A DNA stretch of 40,560 nucleotides from Pseudomonadota bacterium. Lineage in GTDB: Bacteria; Bdellovibrionota_B; Oligoflexia; Oligoflexales; CAIYRB01. Positions within the stretch are counted from its first letter, which is position 1. Each line of letters starts with the position of its first letter. Location: the NCBI GenBank assembly GCA_031416315.1, contig JANOTL010000074.1:1-40560 (forward strand), read 5' to 3'. The notes beneath the pieces are model-generated. The model saw only the letters and a list, made by a program, of their open reading frames with translations, did not search any database and was not told the origin of the DNA. Positions 8,635-18,835 of this stretch are shown piece after piece. The translations under genes were made by a program, and so were the position numbers.

Positions 8635-10191
8635 TTACGGAACAGCTTGGGGGAAGAGCGCGCCGACATGCTCGAGTATGCGCAGCAGTCCCGTTTTCAA
8701 GCGGTAGTCGTACTCGATGTAGCTGCGGTTGCTCGGCCGTCCGTGCACCGGGCTAAGGTTGGCGCCGCACCGCGCCGCGCCTTGTACGATGTGGAAGTAG
8801 TCCGCGATGACGCCGCCACGGATCGTGTACGACGCGCGCCGGGAGATGCCGGCGACGGTGTTTTTCGCGTACAAGAACGCCTCGACCATGTTGAACGAGC
8901 CGATCTGGGTGCGCGCTTGGGTGAGGCAGCCAAAGGCCATGTCGTAGAGTTGGTCGAAGCCGGCGGCGCCGCCGGGGAACCAGTTGAGGACCTCGAGCAC
9001 CCCGAGCGCCTCGCCGCGGCGGTTTTCTGGGGTGGCGGGATGGTTGTAGACGTTGACCGCCTCGTTGCCCGGGTCGGAGTTCTGATGCTTTTGAATGTCG
9101 CCGATGAAGATCGATCCTTGCGCCGCGAGGCCGAGCGCGTCGGTGTTCTTCGCTGCCATTTGCGCGGTGGCCTGCACCAGCGCCGTGGTGCCGTCGTTGT
9201 CAAATGGGAAGGCCGAGCGTGCCGCGCGCAGATCGCCAGGAACGTAAATGTTGCCTTTGACGTAGAGGCTACCCGTTCCACTATAGGTGCCCTTGATCAC
9301 GAGGTCGCCGGTGACGAGAACGTCGCCGTCGATCAAGATCGGCGCGGCGTCGGTACCGACAAGGACAAGGTTGCCGTCGTAGACCTTCGTGACGGCGGCG
9401 GGGTAGGCGCCCGCCGCGTGGACGCTGCCGAGCATTTTCGCTGCCAGCGCGTCGAAATCGAGCACCGGAAACGCGGGATGCCCGTCGGCGCCCAAAGGCA
9501 GCTCCGCGCCGCGGTAGTTGAGCGCCACCCCGCCAGTCGTCGTTACCGACACGTTCGAACCGAGGCCGCCTTCCGGCGTGGCTGCGTCGAACGCGGCGGC
9601 CGCGAGCCAGCGGCCCTCGAGGTGGACGTCTGACGTCGGCCACAAGGGCGGCACGCGGCGGGTCGAGGCGACGTCACCGATGACCGACACGTGGCAGAGG
9701 CCGCACTCCAAATCGTTGACGAGTAGGCCGAACTTCGGCGCGCGCTTTGCCTGCTCGATGAGAACCAGCTCTTCGCGGCCCGGGCCGGAGCCGGAAGCCG
9801 AGGCTGAGCCGCTGCCATTCGTGACGACGACGGCGACGTCGCTGCCGCTCGACGAGGCAGCGCCGCCGTCGGTGCCTTCAGTTTGTGCATCCGGTCCGGC
9901 GTCGATCGGCGTTTGCATCTCGGTGGTCACGGCTGTTGCTTCGACGGTGGCGGTCGTGCCCGTCGACACCGGCGTCGTCGATTCCGGCGTCATCGATTCC
10001 GGCGGCGTCGACTCCGGGTCGTTTGGCGGCATCGGCTGGCGTACGGCGTCGCTGCTTCCTGGCACCCGGTAGGCGCCTTGTCCCGCCGAAGTGAACGAGG
10101 GGGGCTCGCCGCACGCCGTGATCGTAACGGCGAAGGCTGCAAGGCACAGCGCTGCGAACGGCAGGCGTAGCCCGCGCGACAAATCCGACAT
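8635..10191 (-). CDS. Lipoprotein with a low-complexity stalk and a C-terminal beta-helix-like domain
   Basis: ATG at 10191, lipobox ITAC, Pro/Ser/Thr stalk. Repeating G-D-(V/L)-x-(V/I) strands, then ...EAFLYA...IRGGVIA...YDYRL. Confidence 0.75.
   Translation of the reverse strand: MSDLSRGLRLPFAALCLAAFAVTITACGEPPSFTSAGQGAYRVPGSSDAVRQPMPPNDPESTPPESMTPESTTPVSTGTTATVEATAVTTEMQTPIDAGPDAQTEGTDGGAASSSGSDVAVVVTNGSGSASASGSGPGREELVLIEQAKRAPKFGLLVNDLECGLCHVSVIGDVASTRRVPPLWPTSDVHLEGRWLAAAAFDAATPEGGLGSNVSVTTTGGVALNYRGAELPLGADGHPAFPVLDFDALAAKMLGSVHAAGAYPAAVTKVYDGNLVLVGTDAAPILIDGDVLVTGDLVIKGTYSGTGSLYVKGNIYVPGDLRAARSAFPFDNDGTTALVQATAQMAAKNTDALGLAAQGSIFIGDIQKHQNSDPGNEAVNVYNHPATPENRRGEALGVLEVLNWFPGGAAGFDQLYDMAFGCLTQARTQIGSFNMVEAFLYAKNTVAGISRRASYTIRGGVIADYFHIVQGAARCGANLSPVHGRPSNRSYIEYDYRLKTGLLRILEHVGALFPQAVP
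9969..10018. repeat. Three 15-bp imperfect tandem repeats (PES-x-x linker)
   Basis: Units are CCGGCGTCGTCGATT, CCGGCGTCATCGATT and CCGGCGGCGTCGACT. Confidence 0.85.
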
Positions 10192-10595
10192 GATGAGCTC
10201 CTCTACGGCGGGAGTGAAAGCTCCCAAAGCCAAAACCCAATGTCGGCTGCGCCCAGTCCGGAATGAGCCGAGACCGGCCCGGCAAGGAAACCGTTGTCAC
10301 GGCGCCAGGATAGCGCAAGGCCGACCAACTGAATTTCTCCGCGGGCTGGGGCCGATTTCGCTGGGGCGATGGGGATCTTTTTGCTTTGGACGGTCGACGG
10401 CGTGTTGGCGGCGACGTCTAGCGCTAGGCACCCCCACAAGCGGACTTGGGCGGGGGCTGAAGGTGCCAGAGGCTTGAAGAAGATAAACCAATTTCATCAA
10501 TGCGTTGTTCATCCTCACCAATCCCGCTGAAACCTCAGCTATCCTCCTCGTCGCGTTCGCAAATCAGCCCAGAGTCACTCCGCAGAATAAATAAA

Positions 10596-10608
10596 AATCA
10601 GTTTGTTA
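10596..10608 (+). promoter_or_regulatory. IHF consensus site
   Basis: AATCAG-TTTG-TTA preceded by an A-rich tract, in otherwise GC-rich DNA. Confidence 0.45.
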
Positions 10609-10661
10609 AAACGTCTCGATAGCAAGAGCAATCGACCGAACCCTAGACCGTCGCCTCGACG

Positions 10662-11948
10662 CTATCGCCCGCGCCGCGCCGCCGCGCGCTCGGCATGCTC
10701 AAAGGCGTCGGCGAAGGCGTCGAGCTCGTCCTTCGTCATGCCGAGGCCGCGGCCGGCGTCGCGCCAACTGGCGACGGCGTTTTCGACTTCGCTCAAGATG
10801 GCTTTGACGCGCGGTTTCTTGATCTTGAAGTAGGCCGCCGCCGATAGCAGCGCGTCCACCGTCGCTGCCGGACCCGTTTCTTCCGAGATCCAGGTCTTCA
10901 ATTCTCGGACGCGCTCGGGGAAAGGGTTTACGTCGAACGCGGGCGCCAAGCGCCAGAGGTCGGCGGTCGCGTGCAGGAAACCGTGGTTGTGCAGGTGGTC
11001 GTCGGTATTAGTGATCATGATTGAGAAGGCGATTCGCCGCCAAAGCTCTTCGATGTCGGTCTGCGCATCTGCGCCATTCGAGCGCAGAAAATCGACCAGC
11101 TCGGCGTAGGAATGAATCGCGGGATCCTCCGCATCGGCCCCGAGCATCGTCGCGGCTGAGGCATAAGGAATACGCTCGTCGTCCAGCGTTCGGTCAAAGC
11201 GGCGGATCAACGCCACCGGAATGCCGTCGCTATGGACGAGTTCGGCATCGGCCGCGGCAATGCCCGCAGTCTTCGCGAGCTTCAAGGCCAGCACTTCGCC
11301 CTTGGTGACGGCACGCTCGTCCTTGACGCTCGGAAACTTGCCGATGGCCAAGCAACCCTGTGCGTCGACGATGGTGCATTTCGGCCGGAGACCCCCGAGC
11401 GAGGTGCCGCGCCCGCGAAGAAAGGCGAGGTCGGCTTCCGTCTCGTTTTGATTTTCGACCGCCCGCGTGGCGGCAAAGAGGTCGGCGAGCTCAACCAAGG
11501 GTGGCGTCGTTCGTTCACCGGCCTGCCGCGGAGCGCGCTGAAACGCGCCGTTTTCATCTTGAAAGCGCAGCGCTCCGATGCGGCTTTGATCGTCGACCCC
11601 GAGGAGAAAGTCCAAAGCCTGCAGCGGCGCGAGGTCTTTGCCCTTGTCCTGGCGGCGCAGTCGCTCGCGGGTCTTGGCATGGTCGCGGAGAATGACGCGC
11701 TTGCCCCAGCCGTCGGGCTCGGTGTCGGCGATCGCCCCGTGAAAGATCGAGCCGGTCTTCGTCGCCTTGTGAAATTGAGCGCCAGCGACGAGCGGCAATG
11801 CGGGATCGATCGCGAACCGGTCTTCGGCGGCAAGCCAGTCGGCGGCGTATTCGAACACGGCGCTCTCGCGTTTGCCCTGGAGATTGTAGTGCAGCGTTCC
11901 GAGGGGACGCGCCGCGTGGCCGAGAAAGACTTGGATCGAGCGTTTCAT
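10662..11948 (-). CDS. hipA: Type II toxin-antitoxin HipA-family kinase toxin
   Basis: HipA N-terminal couple domain, then SLGGLRPK, IGKFP, RRFDR, NTDDHLHNHGFL and LAPAFDVNP. Confidence 0.93.
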   Translation of the reverse strand: MKRSIQVFLGHAARPLGTLHYNLQGKRESAVFEYAADWLAAEDRFAIDPALPLVAGAQFHKATKTGSIFHGAIADTEPDGWGKRVILRDHAKTRERLRRQDKGKDLAPLQALDFLLGVDDQSRIGALRFQDENGAFQRAPRQAGERTTPPLVELADLFAATRAVENQNETEADLAFLRGRGTSLGGLRPKCTIVDAQGCLAIGKFPSVKDERAVTKGEVLALKLAKTAGIAAADAELVHSDGIPVALIRRFDRTLDDERIPYASAATMLGADAEDPAIHSYAELVDFLRSNGADAQTDIEELWRRIAFSIMITNTDDHLHNHGFLHATADLWRLAPAFDVNPFPERVRELKTWISEETGPAATVDALLSAAAYFKIKKPRVKAILSEVENAVASWRDAGRGLGMTKDELDAFADAFEHAERAAARRGR

Positions 11949-12277
11949 CGCGGCGTGGGAGCCTTCTTGGCCCGCACTCTTTTCGGGATGCGTTCCTGAT
12001 CGAGCAGAAGCCCCTGATCGTCGCGCCGTGGATCGGCGATGTCGAAAGGCGCATCGCCGAAACCGAGCACGAATAGCGCCATGGCATAAATGCCTAGTGC
12101 GACCTTCGGATCGCCCTTCTCCGCGCGCAGGTAGGTGGCCTTGGCAACGCCCAGGCGCTCGGCCATCATCGCGACGGTCAGGCGGCGCTTGCGCCGCGCC
12201 AGGGCGATGTTCGCGCCGAACTGCGTGAGCGACCGTCGGATGCGGGCTGGAAGAAGGTCAGAGCTACCAGATCGCAT
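11945..12277 (-). CDS. XRE/HTH antitoxin (HipB-like)
   Basis: GANIALARRKRRLTVAMMAERLGVAKATYLRAEKGDP HTH; ATGA overlap with hipA. Confidence 0.88.
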   Translation of the reverse strand: MRSGSSDLLPARIRRSLTQFGANIALARRKRRLTVAMMAERLGVAKATYLRAEKGDPKVALGIYAMALFVLGFGDAPFDIADPRRDDQGLLLDQERIPKRVRAKKAPTPR

Positions 12278-12291
12278 TTAAAGTCTCATGG

Positions 12292-12320
12292 ATGAGTTCC
12301 AAAGTCTTTTAAGAACTCAT
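12292..12320. promoter_or_regulatory. Palindromic operator upstream of the antitoxin gene
   Basis: Perfect 8-bp inverted repeat ATGAGTTC-N13-GAACTCAT, 15 bp upstream of the start codon. Confidence 0.6.
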
Positions 12321-12431
12321 GCATAGTACCATAAATGCACCTAGAACGCAGAGTCTTGCTCCGTTCCTCCTTTCGACCTGTAAAAAGGCTGTCAGAGCAT
12401 ATTGAAATAACAGGCCTTTGCCGCATTGCCT

Positions 12432-12690
12432 CCGCACTATCTCGACCCAAGCGACTACATGGTGGGAGACGAGTGGCGGGACGAGCGCGACGTCAAGCGT
12501 GCGATGCGCCGGCTCGGCCATCAGGTCGGAGGAGTACACCGACGGGCGCGAGATCTACGTCGGCGTCTTCGGCAACAAGCGCCTGGCGGCTCTACCGCCG
12601 CAGGAGCTATTCTTCAAGCGACTGCCCGACGGCGCGTCGGAGATGCTCACCTACCGCGCGAAGTCGGACGAGGTGTACCGGAAAAGGTGA
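12432..12690 (+). pseudogene. Internally deleted D-Ala-D-Ala ligase-like ATP-grasp gene
   Basis: N-terminal ...EWRDERDVKRAMRRLGHQV is joined out of frame to EEYTDGREIYVGVFGNKRLAALPPQELFF...TYRAK, the EExIxGRE/TYxAK motifs of Ddl-like enzymes. Confidence 0.65.
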
Positions 12691-12727
12691 CGTTGGCGAT
12701 GGCGGGCTGACTCGCGGGACGATAAAT

Positions 12728-13315
12728 TTGCACGGACGCCCGCCACATCGCCGACCAAACCTCCGCCTGGTGGGCTATCCGCCGTTCGCGCTACATCGTG
12801 ACCTCACCGCTTACGCCAGCCTCTCGATGGTGCTCTTTGCCATCTACTTGCTCGTCCCTCCGCCATCCGGTTTGTTGTCCGGACTTTGGATCGTTCTATC
12901 CCTATTGACCGCGCATCACGTCCTGTCGCTCCGAGGCTTCGCGCTGCTGGTGTACGACGATGGGCTCGAGGTCGTTCGCGGCGGCAAACACGCGCCCATT
13001 TGGCTAGAGGCGGCCAGCCTGAGCGTCGTCTCGAGTGGCCTCTACCGGGTCGTCTTGGCGGCCGATGGACATCCTCCCCGGCGATTGCCCCGCATCTGGC
13101 AGAGAACCGATGGTCCGGCGACGAACGACGGCGCCTTGCTTGCCAAAGACGGCGAGCTCATCGGCAGGCCGAATCGCGTCACCATTCGCGCCCATGTCGA
13201 CTGCGTCGTGCTCGAGGAATTTCTGAATCTGGAGAGAGTCCGGGTCATGAAGGGTTTCGACCGCTACGAGCGCCACCAATTGAGGATCATTTGGAAGTCA
13301 CTCAAAGGCGGGTGA
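12728..13315 (+). CDS. Hypothetical membrane protein (two TM helices plus a soluble domain)
   Basis: Probable TTG start at 12728; two hydrophobic segments followed by LLVYDDGLEV. Confidence 0.5.
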   Translation: MHGRPPHRRPNLRLVGYPPFALHRDLTAYASLSMVLFAIYLLVPPPSGLLSGLWIVLSLLTAHHVLSLRGFALLVYDDGLEVVRGGKHAPIWLEAASLSVVSSGLYRVVLAADGHPPRRLPRIWQRTDGPATNDGALLAKDGELIGRPNRVTIRAHVDCVVLEEFLNLERVRVMKGFDRYERHQLRIIWKSLKGG

Positions 13316-13342
13316 CGCCTTGGTCCGCGACCACAGCTACGG

Positions 13343-13980
13343 AGTCGATCCTGAAAAAGTTGCTGAACACGCCGGCTGAGACTCGCATGGGAGCTTGCGC
13401 AGCATCGTCAATCGAGCTTATGCGCGGCGTTTATCGATGAGTTCGTGTTTAGGCAACGCGTGGTCGCACGAACAACGAAGAAGATATGGGCAAAAGGAAA
13501 GCCCACAGGAGCTTTCGCGGGTTGAAGGCGCAGCCAGCCATCAAAGCGTTGATCTGATCGCCCTGGAATCCAAGTAGGAAGTTCCTTCCCATCCTATCGT
13601 CGGACTTTAGGTGCCCGATGATCGGTTCGACCGCCGCGCGCCGCCGGAGACGCCGGCGCGTTACCTTGTCGTCGTGCCCATAGGTGCCGCCCTGCCGATA
13701 GATGCGCGTTCCAAAGAAGTAGCCCTTACTCCCTTTGTAGCCGCGGTCACAGTAGGCACCCTTTGGCCACTGGCCGGTCAGTGACTTTACCTGATGGCGC
13801 GTATCGAAAACGGTGTGGCCATCGAAGGGATTGCCGGGGAACGAGTGGACGCCGACAACCTGATTGGACTTTTGCGATGTTGCACCCGACACCTTGCTGC
13901 CGAACTCATACTTTTTGTAAGCCTTACCCTTGGCGATGCAACGGACCTCGGGCGCATGGACGCTATAGATCTTGATCTTC
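13343..13980 (-). mobile_element. Truncated IS5-family element (3' half of the transposase plus a terminal IR)
   Basis: Transposase motifs KIYSVHAPEVRCIAKGKAYKKYEFGSKVS, GNPFDGHT, DRGYKG and RRAAVEPIIGHLKSD. The IS5-like end AGTCGATCCTGAAAAA lies at 13343-13358. Confidence 0.85.
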
Positions 13981-14031
13981 TAGGCACAAGACCCGAAAAA
14001 AACGGTGTGGCAGTAGATGTTAACGAGAGAC

Positions 14032-15810
14032 TTAGTAAAGGCCGGCACCTCTGCACCAAATTCCGTCCTTGGCCCTGACGCAAACAGTCTGGTGCCCCAC
14101 CATCACCTCGTCGTTGCCAGGGAAGTCGATCGGGACAAGCTTATGTATGTAGGAATCACGATTTGGGGGATACCAGCATCCGGTGTCGGCGTCCCCTTCT
14201 CCCTTGCAGAGCGGCACCGGACGGGGGTCCGAGCGTGACTCGAACCGAGAATCACCCAAGATGCCGGCGTCGTTAACACCCTTGCAAAGAGTGGAATGCC
14301 CGCGCTGCGTCAGACAGAGGTTGTCACGGGTTTCGTTGAAATCCGCGCGAAGATCGGCGGTTTCTGCCGTGCCACCGTCATTGCCGAAGCGGACGTAGCA
14401 AGGTGAAATGCCGACGCAGTACTCGAGGGTGGAGGCAGAGCTAAGAACACAAAGACATGCGCGACCGGCCACCACGTCCGTTTTCGAACGTCGATTTGGC
14501 ACTACGCGGAGTTCGCTTGATTTCGTTAAAGTTGAACCAAAGGACGCGATGGACCCATCGGCCTTCACGACGATGTTGGCCTCTCCGGCGATGACCCTCG
14601 TCGCCCTCGCAAAGCCTACGACCCGTTGTGGGACCAAAGCGTCGATTCTCGTGGGACCGATCTGCCCGTTGTCTGCAGAGCCCCAGCAATAGACCTCGCC
14701 CTCGGCGACACCACAGGTGTGATCGTCGTCGACGGAGACATCGGTGAAGCGCTTATCGATTTCAACTTTTTGGGGACTGGCCAGATCGTCGGTGCCGCCG
14801 TAGCCCAGAGCCCCTTGATCGCCGCGACCCCAGCAAAAAAGTTGTCCGTCGTGATTCTGCGCACAGGCGTGGTGACTGCCAATCGCGACGCGTACTACGC
14901 CTGCTATCTCAGGAAAGGCGGTCATTTTCGGCACCGTGGAAGGATCAGGCGACGGGAGATTTAGTCGTCCCCAACAGATCAGGGTGCGCTTCGCCGTTAT
15001 TCCGCATACCACAAACCGGCTGACCGCAAGATCGACAAATGCATCATCCGAAGCCACTGTGACTGGTTTGATCGCTCCGGCGAGCGGCGGCGCGAGAATC
15101 TTGTCGCCTGCGCGGCCCCAGCAGACAATCGTTTGGGCCTTTGTGAGGGCGCAGTAATGATCGCTGGCGAAAACCGTCTTCACGAAAGACTCGGAGCCGA
15201 GGATTTTTAGAAACGTCACGTCCCGGCGGATGATACGAGCCGCTTCGCGGCGTACTTTGGGCTTTTTCTCTCGGTCTTTCACCAAAGCGGCTATGCCTAA
15301 AACCACGGGGAACTTGAGCATCACGCCGACTTCGGTTTGCGGAGGCCCGTCGTTAGGTTGCCGAGCCCTCCAATAAATCGTCGGCAGCGGGACGACAAAA
15401 AATCCGGTGACGGACACGGTCCGCTGACGTCCAGCCAGTTCTCCGTCTTCACGGTATGACCCCATCCCCGCCGTGAGATTGACGCCTAGAAGTGCGGGCA
15501 CTGAGTGGGCCCTTGCGAAAAGGGGCAAACCGATCTGCGCTTCAAAGTAGTTGTCGAGCCGCGATTCCCCGCCGGCCGTGACACCGAAGGATGGAGGACC
15601 GTTGGCAAAGCCTCTGGGCATCCAAAGGAGGGTCGATTCGACTCCTCGTTCGGTGCGCGAGGCATAGATGCCGGTCATGTCCGTCAGCTTTATGTCTTCG
15701 CTCGCGCGTGCCCTGGTCGTGGCAGCGACGGCGGCGAAGACAAGGAATCCGAATTTCAGTAGCTGCAAATAGGTAAGCGCATGCCTTGCAGCTGCGGAAT
15801 GGCAGGACAT
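14032..15810 (-). CDS. Exported RCC1-repeat (beta-propeller) protein with a novel N-terminal domain
   Basis: Signal-like hydrophobic N-terminus. Repeated HxC...G..xCWG...GxLG units, e.g. GSHHACA..LFCWGRGDQGALG and HTCG..VYCWGSADNGQIG. Confidence 0.85.
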   Translation of the reverse strand: MSCHSAAARHALTYLQLLKFGFLVFAAVAATTRARASEDIKLTDMTGIYASRTERGVESTLLWMPRGFANGPPSFGVTAGGESRLDNYFEAQIGLPLFARAHSVPALLGVNLTAGMGSYREDGELAGRQRTVSVTGFFVVPLPTIYWRARQPNDGPPQTEVGVMLKFPVVLGIAALVKDREKKPKVRREAARIIRRDVTFLKILGSESFVKTVFASDHYCALTKAQTIVCWGRAGDKILAPPLAGAIKPVTVASDDAFVDLAVSRFVVCGITAKRTLICWGRLNLPSPDPSTVPKMTAFPEIAGVVRVAIGSHHACAQNHDGQLFCWGRGDQGALGYGGTDDLASPQKVEIDKRFTDVSVDDDHTCGVAEGEVYCWGSADNGQIGPTRIDALVPQRVVGFARATRVIAGEANIVVKADGSIASFGSTLTKSSELRVVPNRRSKTDVVAGRACLCVLSSASTLEYCVGISPCYVRFGNDGGTAETADLRADFNETRDNLCLTQRGHSTLCKGVNDAGILGDSRFESRSDPRPVPLCKGEGDADTGCWYPPNRDSYIHKLVPIDFPGNDEVMVGHQTVCVRAKDGIWCRGAGLY

Positions 15811-16248
15811 CAACAGATCTCCAGAGGACGCTTGGAACGGACATTAGCACGACGGGACAGCATCCAGCCAATTCTGCAGTCTTCCGGCCTGAGCTCGCGG
15901 ACTAGAAAAGTTGCGGGCTGCGACGAGTAGCTCACGAGTCTCGGACGACTCCACCGGCGTAAGGTCGAGAGTGTAGGCAAAACAAAGCTGTAAACGTCCT
16001 GAAGTTGTTCGACCGCTGAAGGTGGTCCGCAGGTGGTCCGCAAAAAACGCTACTGGTGGGTTGTCCCACAAAAAAGATGAGCCGAACCGCAGTCATAGCT
16101 GCTGGCTCGGCCCCGAAAATGCGTATTCCGGCGAAGCCGAATTCCTTTTCCGGAAGGATCACGACCGGTAGTTCCGGTGCATCGCGACTGTCGATTCCGC
16201 CCCATCGCGACCGTTCGCGGTCGGAGCGAAGCGACGAGTCTTATCGCA

Positions 16249-17001
16249 TCATGACAGCTCCTGTGAAGGCTTTTCGTCCTTCGGGCGGGACGCGCGCATG
16301 GAAGGTCCCGAAAGCGCAAAGCGATGCGCGCGGTTGATGACGCGGTCAATGATGGCGTCGGCGACGGTGGGATCGCCGATGACTTCGTGCCAGCGGTCGT
16401 GCGGGATTTGCGACGTGATGACGACCGAACCTCGGTCGTAGCGGTCCTCGATGACTTCGCGAAAATCGCGCCGTTCTTGCTCGGAAAGTGCCTGCCCCCA
16501 GTCATCGAGGATCAGAAGGTTGGTCTTGGCGAGCGTCTCCATGAAGCGCGGGTAGGTGCCGTCGGCGCGGGCCATGTTGATCTCGCCGAAGATGCGCGGG
16601 ATGCGCATGTAGCGGGCGCTGAAGCCTTCGAGGCATGCGCGTTGCGCGAGCGCGCAAGCAAGGCAGGTCTTGCCGAGGCCAGTTGGCCCGGTCAGGACGA
16701 CGTTTTGGTGCCGACGTAGCCACTCGCAGCTTGCAAGGGCGGTGAAAGCGCCCTTGTCGAGACCGCGCTTGTGGCGCCAGTTGACGTCCTCGATCATCGC
16801 CTTTTCCCTGAGCTTCGCGTGGCGAAGCCTTCGCTCTGCGCCGCGGTTCTGCCGGTCGATTTCTTCGCGGTCGACCATGATGGCAAGTGCGTCGTCGCGG
16901 TACATGTCGGCGTCGGGGCGCGCGAGCATTTCTTCATACGCTCGTGCCATCCCGAAGAGCTTGAGCCCCTTGAGCTTCGATAGGGTCGCCTCCGTCATCA
17001 T
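16249..17001 (-). CDS. istB: IS21 helper ATPase IstB
   Basis: AAGGAG RBS before MMTEATL; Walker A GPTGLGKT, LLILDDWG, ITSQ and ADAIIDR. Confidence 0.93.
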   Translation of the reverse strand: MMTEATLSKLKGLKLFGMARAYEEMLARPDADMYRDDALAIMVDREEIDRQNRGAERRLRHAKLREKAMIEDVNWRHKRGLDKGAFTALASCEWLRRHQNVVLTGPTGLGKTCLACALAQRACLEGFSARYMRIPRIFGEINMARADGTYPRFMETLAKTNLLILDDWGQALSEQERRDFREVIEDRYDRGSVVITSQIPHDRWHEVIGDPTVADAIIDRVINRAHRFALSGPSMRASRPKDEKPSQELS

Positions 17002-18561
17002 CGCGGTCTCCTTTGCTGTCGCGGTAGTAATCGCTGCCGCGGATGTTCTCGTGAATGATCGGCGGAGCCTTCGCACTGGCCGCGTCGCCGTCGGTTGGTT
17101 GGCGGTCCAGCCCGCGCTCGAGGATCGATTTGATGTACTTGTATCGATACGCTTGGAAGGAAATCGCACGGCGGCAAGCGGCTTCGACGCGTGTCGCGCC
17201 GTAGCGATCGACGAGGCGGATGACGCCGAGTGCCGAGCGATAGCCCTGCTCCGGGTGCGGACGGCTCTTGATGATTTCCCTGACCAAACACGCGGTCGCT
17301 TCGCCGGTTCTTGCCGCCCAATCGATGATGCGCGACGGGGTCCATTCGGCATGCGCCCGATGCGCTTTCGGCATGTGCTCGGGTGTCGTCGTGTAATTCC
17401 ATTTCGAGTCGGAGCGGCGGTGTGTGCAAATGCGGCGGTTCTTGTACAGAATCTCGAGCGTCGTCGCCGTGAGTCGCGCCGTCACCTTCTCGCCGCGGAG
17501 CTGATAGGGGACGCTGTAGAAGTGGTCGTCGACGGCGACGTGATAGTCGATGTTGACGCGCGCCTTCGAGATTTCGGCGTAGGTGTACGCCATCGCTGGA
17601 AGCGGCTGCGCTGCAAGCTTGTCGAGGTCGAGAAATGACGTCCGGCGCGATCCCGGCGTCTTCTGGAACGGCCGCGTATTCAGCTTTTCGAGCAGCTCTC
17701 GGACGGCATCGTTCAGCTCGTCGAGACTGAAGAAGCGCCGGTGCCGGAGCGCGGCGATGATCCAGCGGGTGACCAGTAGCACGCCGGCTTCGACCTTGGC
17801 CTTATCTTTGGGCGCCGCCGAGCGCGTCGGAATCACCGCAAAGCTGTAGTGGCGCGCGAGCTCGGCGTACGTTTCGTTGACGTCGGGATCGTAGCGACAA
17901 GCTTTCGTCCCGCCCGACTTGAGATTGTCGGGCACGACGATGTGCGGCACGCAGCCGAAAAAGTTGAAGGCGTGCACCTGAAGCCGAGTCCAGGTCGGAA
18001 GATCCTGCGACCAAACCGCTTCGGCGTAGGTGTAGTTCGACGCGCCCCAGGTCGCGACGAAGATCTCGGCGTCGCGACGCTCGCCGGTTTTGGGGTTGTA
18101 AACTGCCACCTTTGTGCCGGCGAAGTCGACGAAGAGCTTCTCGCCGGCACGGTGGATTTGGCGCATCGACAAGCGCGAGCGGCCGGCCCAGTCGGCGTAA
18201 AGCTCGCAGTAGCGGCTGTATCCGAGTCCTTCGGGGGCGCGCTCGACGTACTCCTGCCAAAGTAGCTGCCGGGTCACGCCCGGTCGATGCAGCTCGGCAT
18301 GGACCAGGCTCCAGTCAGGCGTCGGCGCCGTCGACACCAACTTGGCTTCGCGCGGGTAAAGCCGCACTTCCAAAGCCCCGTCGTCGAGCTCGTCGGGCAG
18401 CGGCCAGGAAAGGCCGGCTTTTTCGCGCGCTTGAGGCAGTCGTGGACGGTCGTCTTGCCGACGCCGCAGGCCGCCGCGACGGCGTCCTGCGACCTGCCGA
18501 GGAACAGTCGCAGTCGCATGATCTCTCTGATGTTCCGCATGGATACCCTGCCGTTCGCCAT
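16934..18561 (-). pseudogene. istA: IS21 transposase IstA, frameshifted at the A5 run 18419-18423
   Basis: The N-terminal MANGRVSMRNIREI HTH is in one frame. The rest (VDFAG, PDNLKS, PKDKAKVE, HENIRG) continues in the -1 frame. Confidence 0.88.
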
Positions 18562-18672
18562 GTTGCGTCCGCCCGTCGCTGCCGGCTCAACAGCGAACCG
18601 AGCGACAGTGCAGATGAAATCTTCGTTCCGAACAAACCAACGTCGCTGCGACGGCTAAGTCATCGACCGCTC

Positions 18673-18809
18673 GTTCGGCATGCGCCGGAACAGGCGTTCG
18701 CGATGGCCGGAACGAACGTTCGGGATGAATCGGAATCGGCGTTCGGGATGGATCGGAATGGACGTTCGCGATCAGGCGGAATCAGTGTTCGGGATGGGCC
18801 GGATTACGC
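18673..18809. repeat. Six ~23-bp subterminal repeats of the IS21 end
   Basis: GTTCG(G/C)GAT...CGGAA units separated by 5-nt gaps, typical of IS21 transposase-binding repeats. Confidence 0.85.
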
Positions 18810-18835
18810 CCCGAAAAGGAGGTAAGGAGGAACTC

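Larger units (their letters stand above)
16120..18810 (-). mobile_element. Complete IS21-family insertion sequence
   Basis: Carries istA and istB. Terminal IRs are TGCGTATTCCGGC and GCCGGATTACGC, with multiple subterminal repeats. The 7-bp target duplication CCGAAAA sits at 16113-16119 and 18811-18817. Confidence 0.93.

Noticed and set aside
14032..15810. RCC1 gene as a diversity-generating retroelement target, or the 267-bp repeat as a TR/VR pair
   Set aside because: There is no reverse transcriptase in the window, and the repeat mismatches are not adenine-specific.
18673..18809. Regularly spaced ~23-bp repeats resembling a mini CRISPR array or iterons
   Set aside because: The gaps are only 5 nt, the units are degenerate, no cas genes are present, and they lie at the IS21 end where such repeats are expected.
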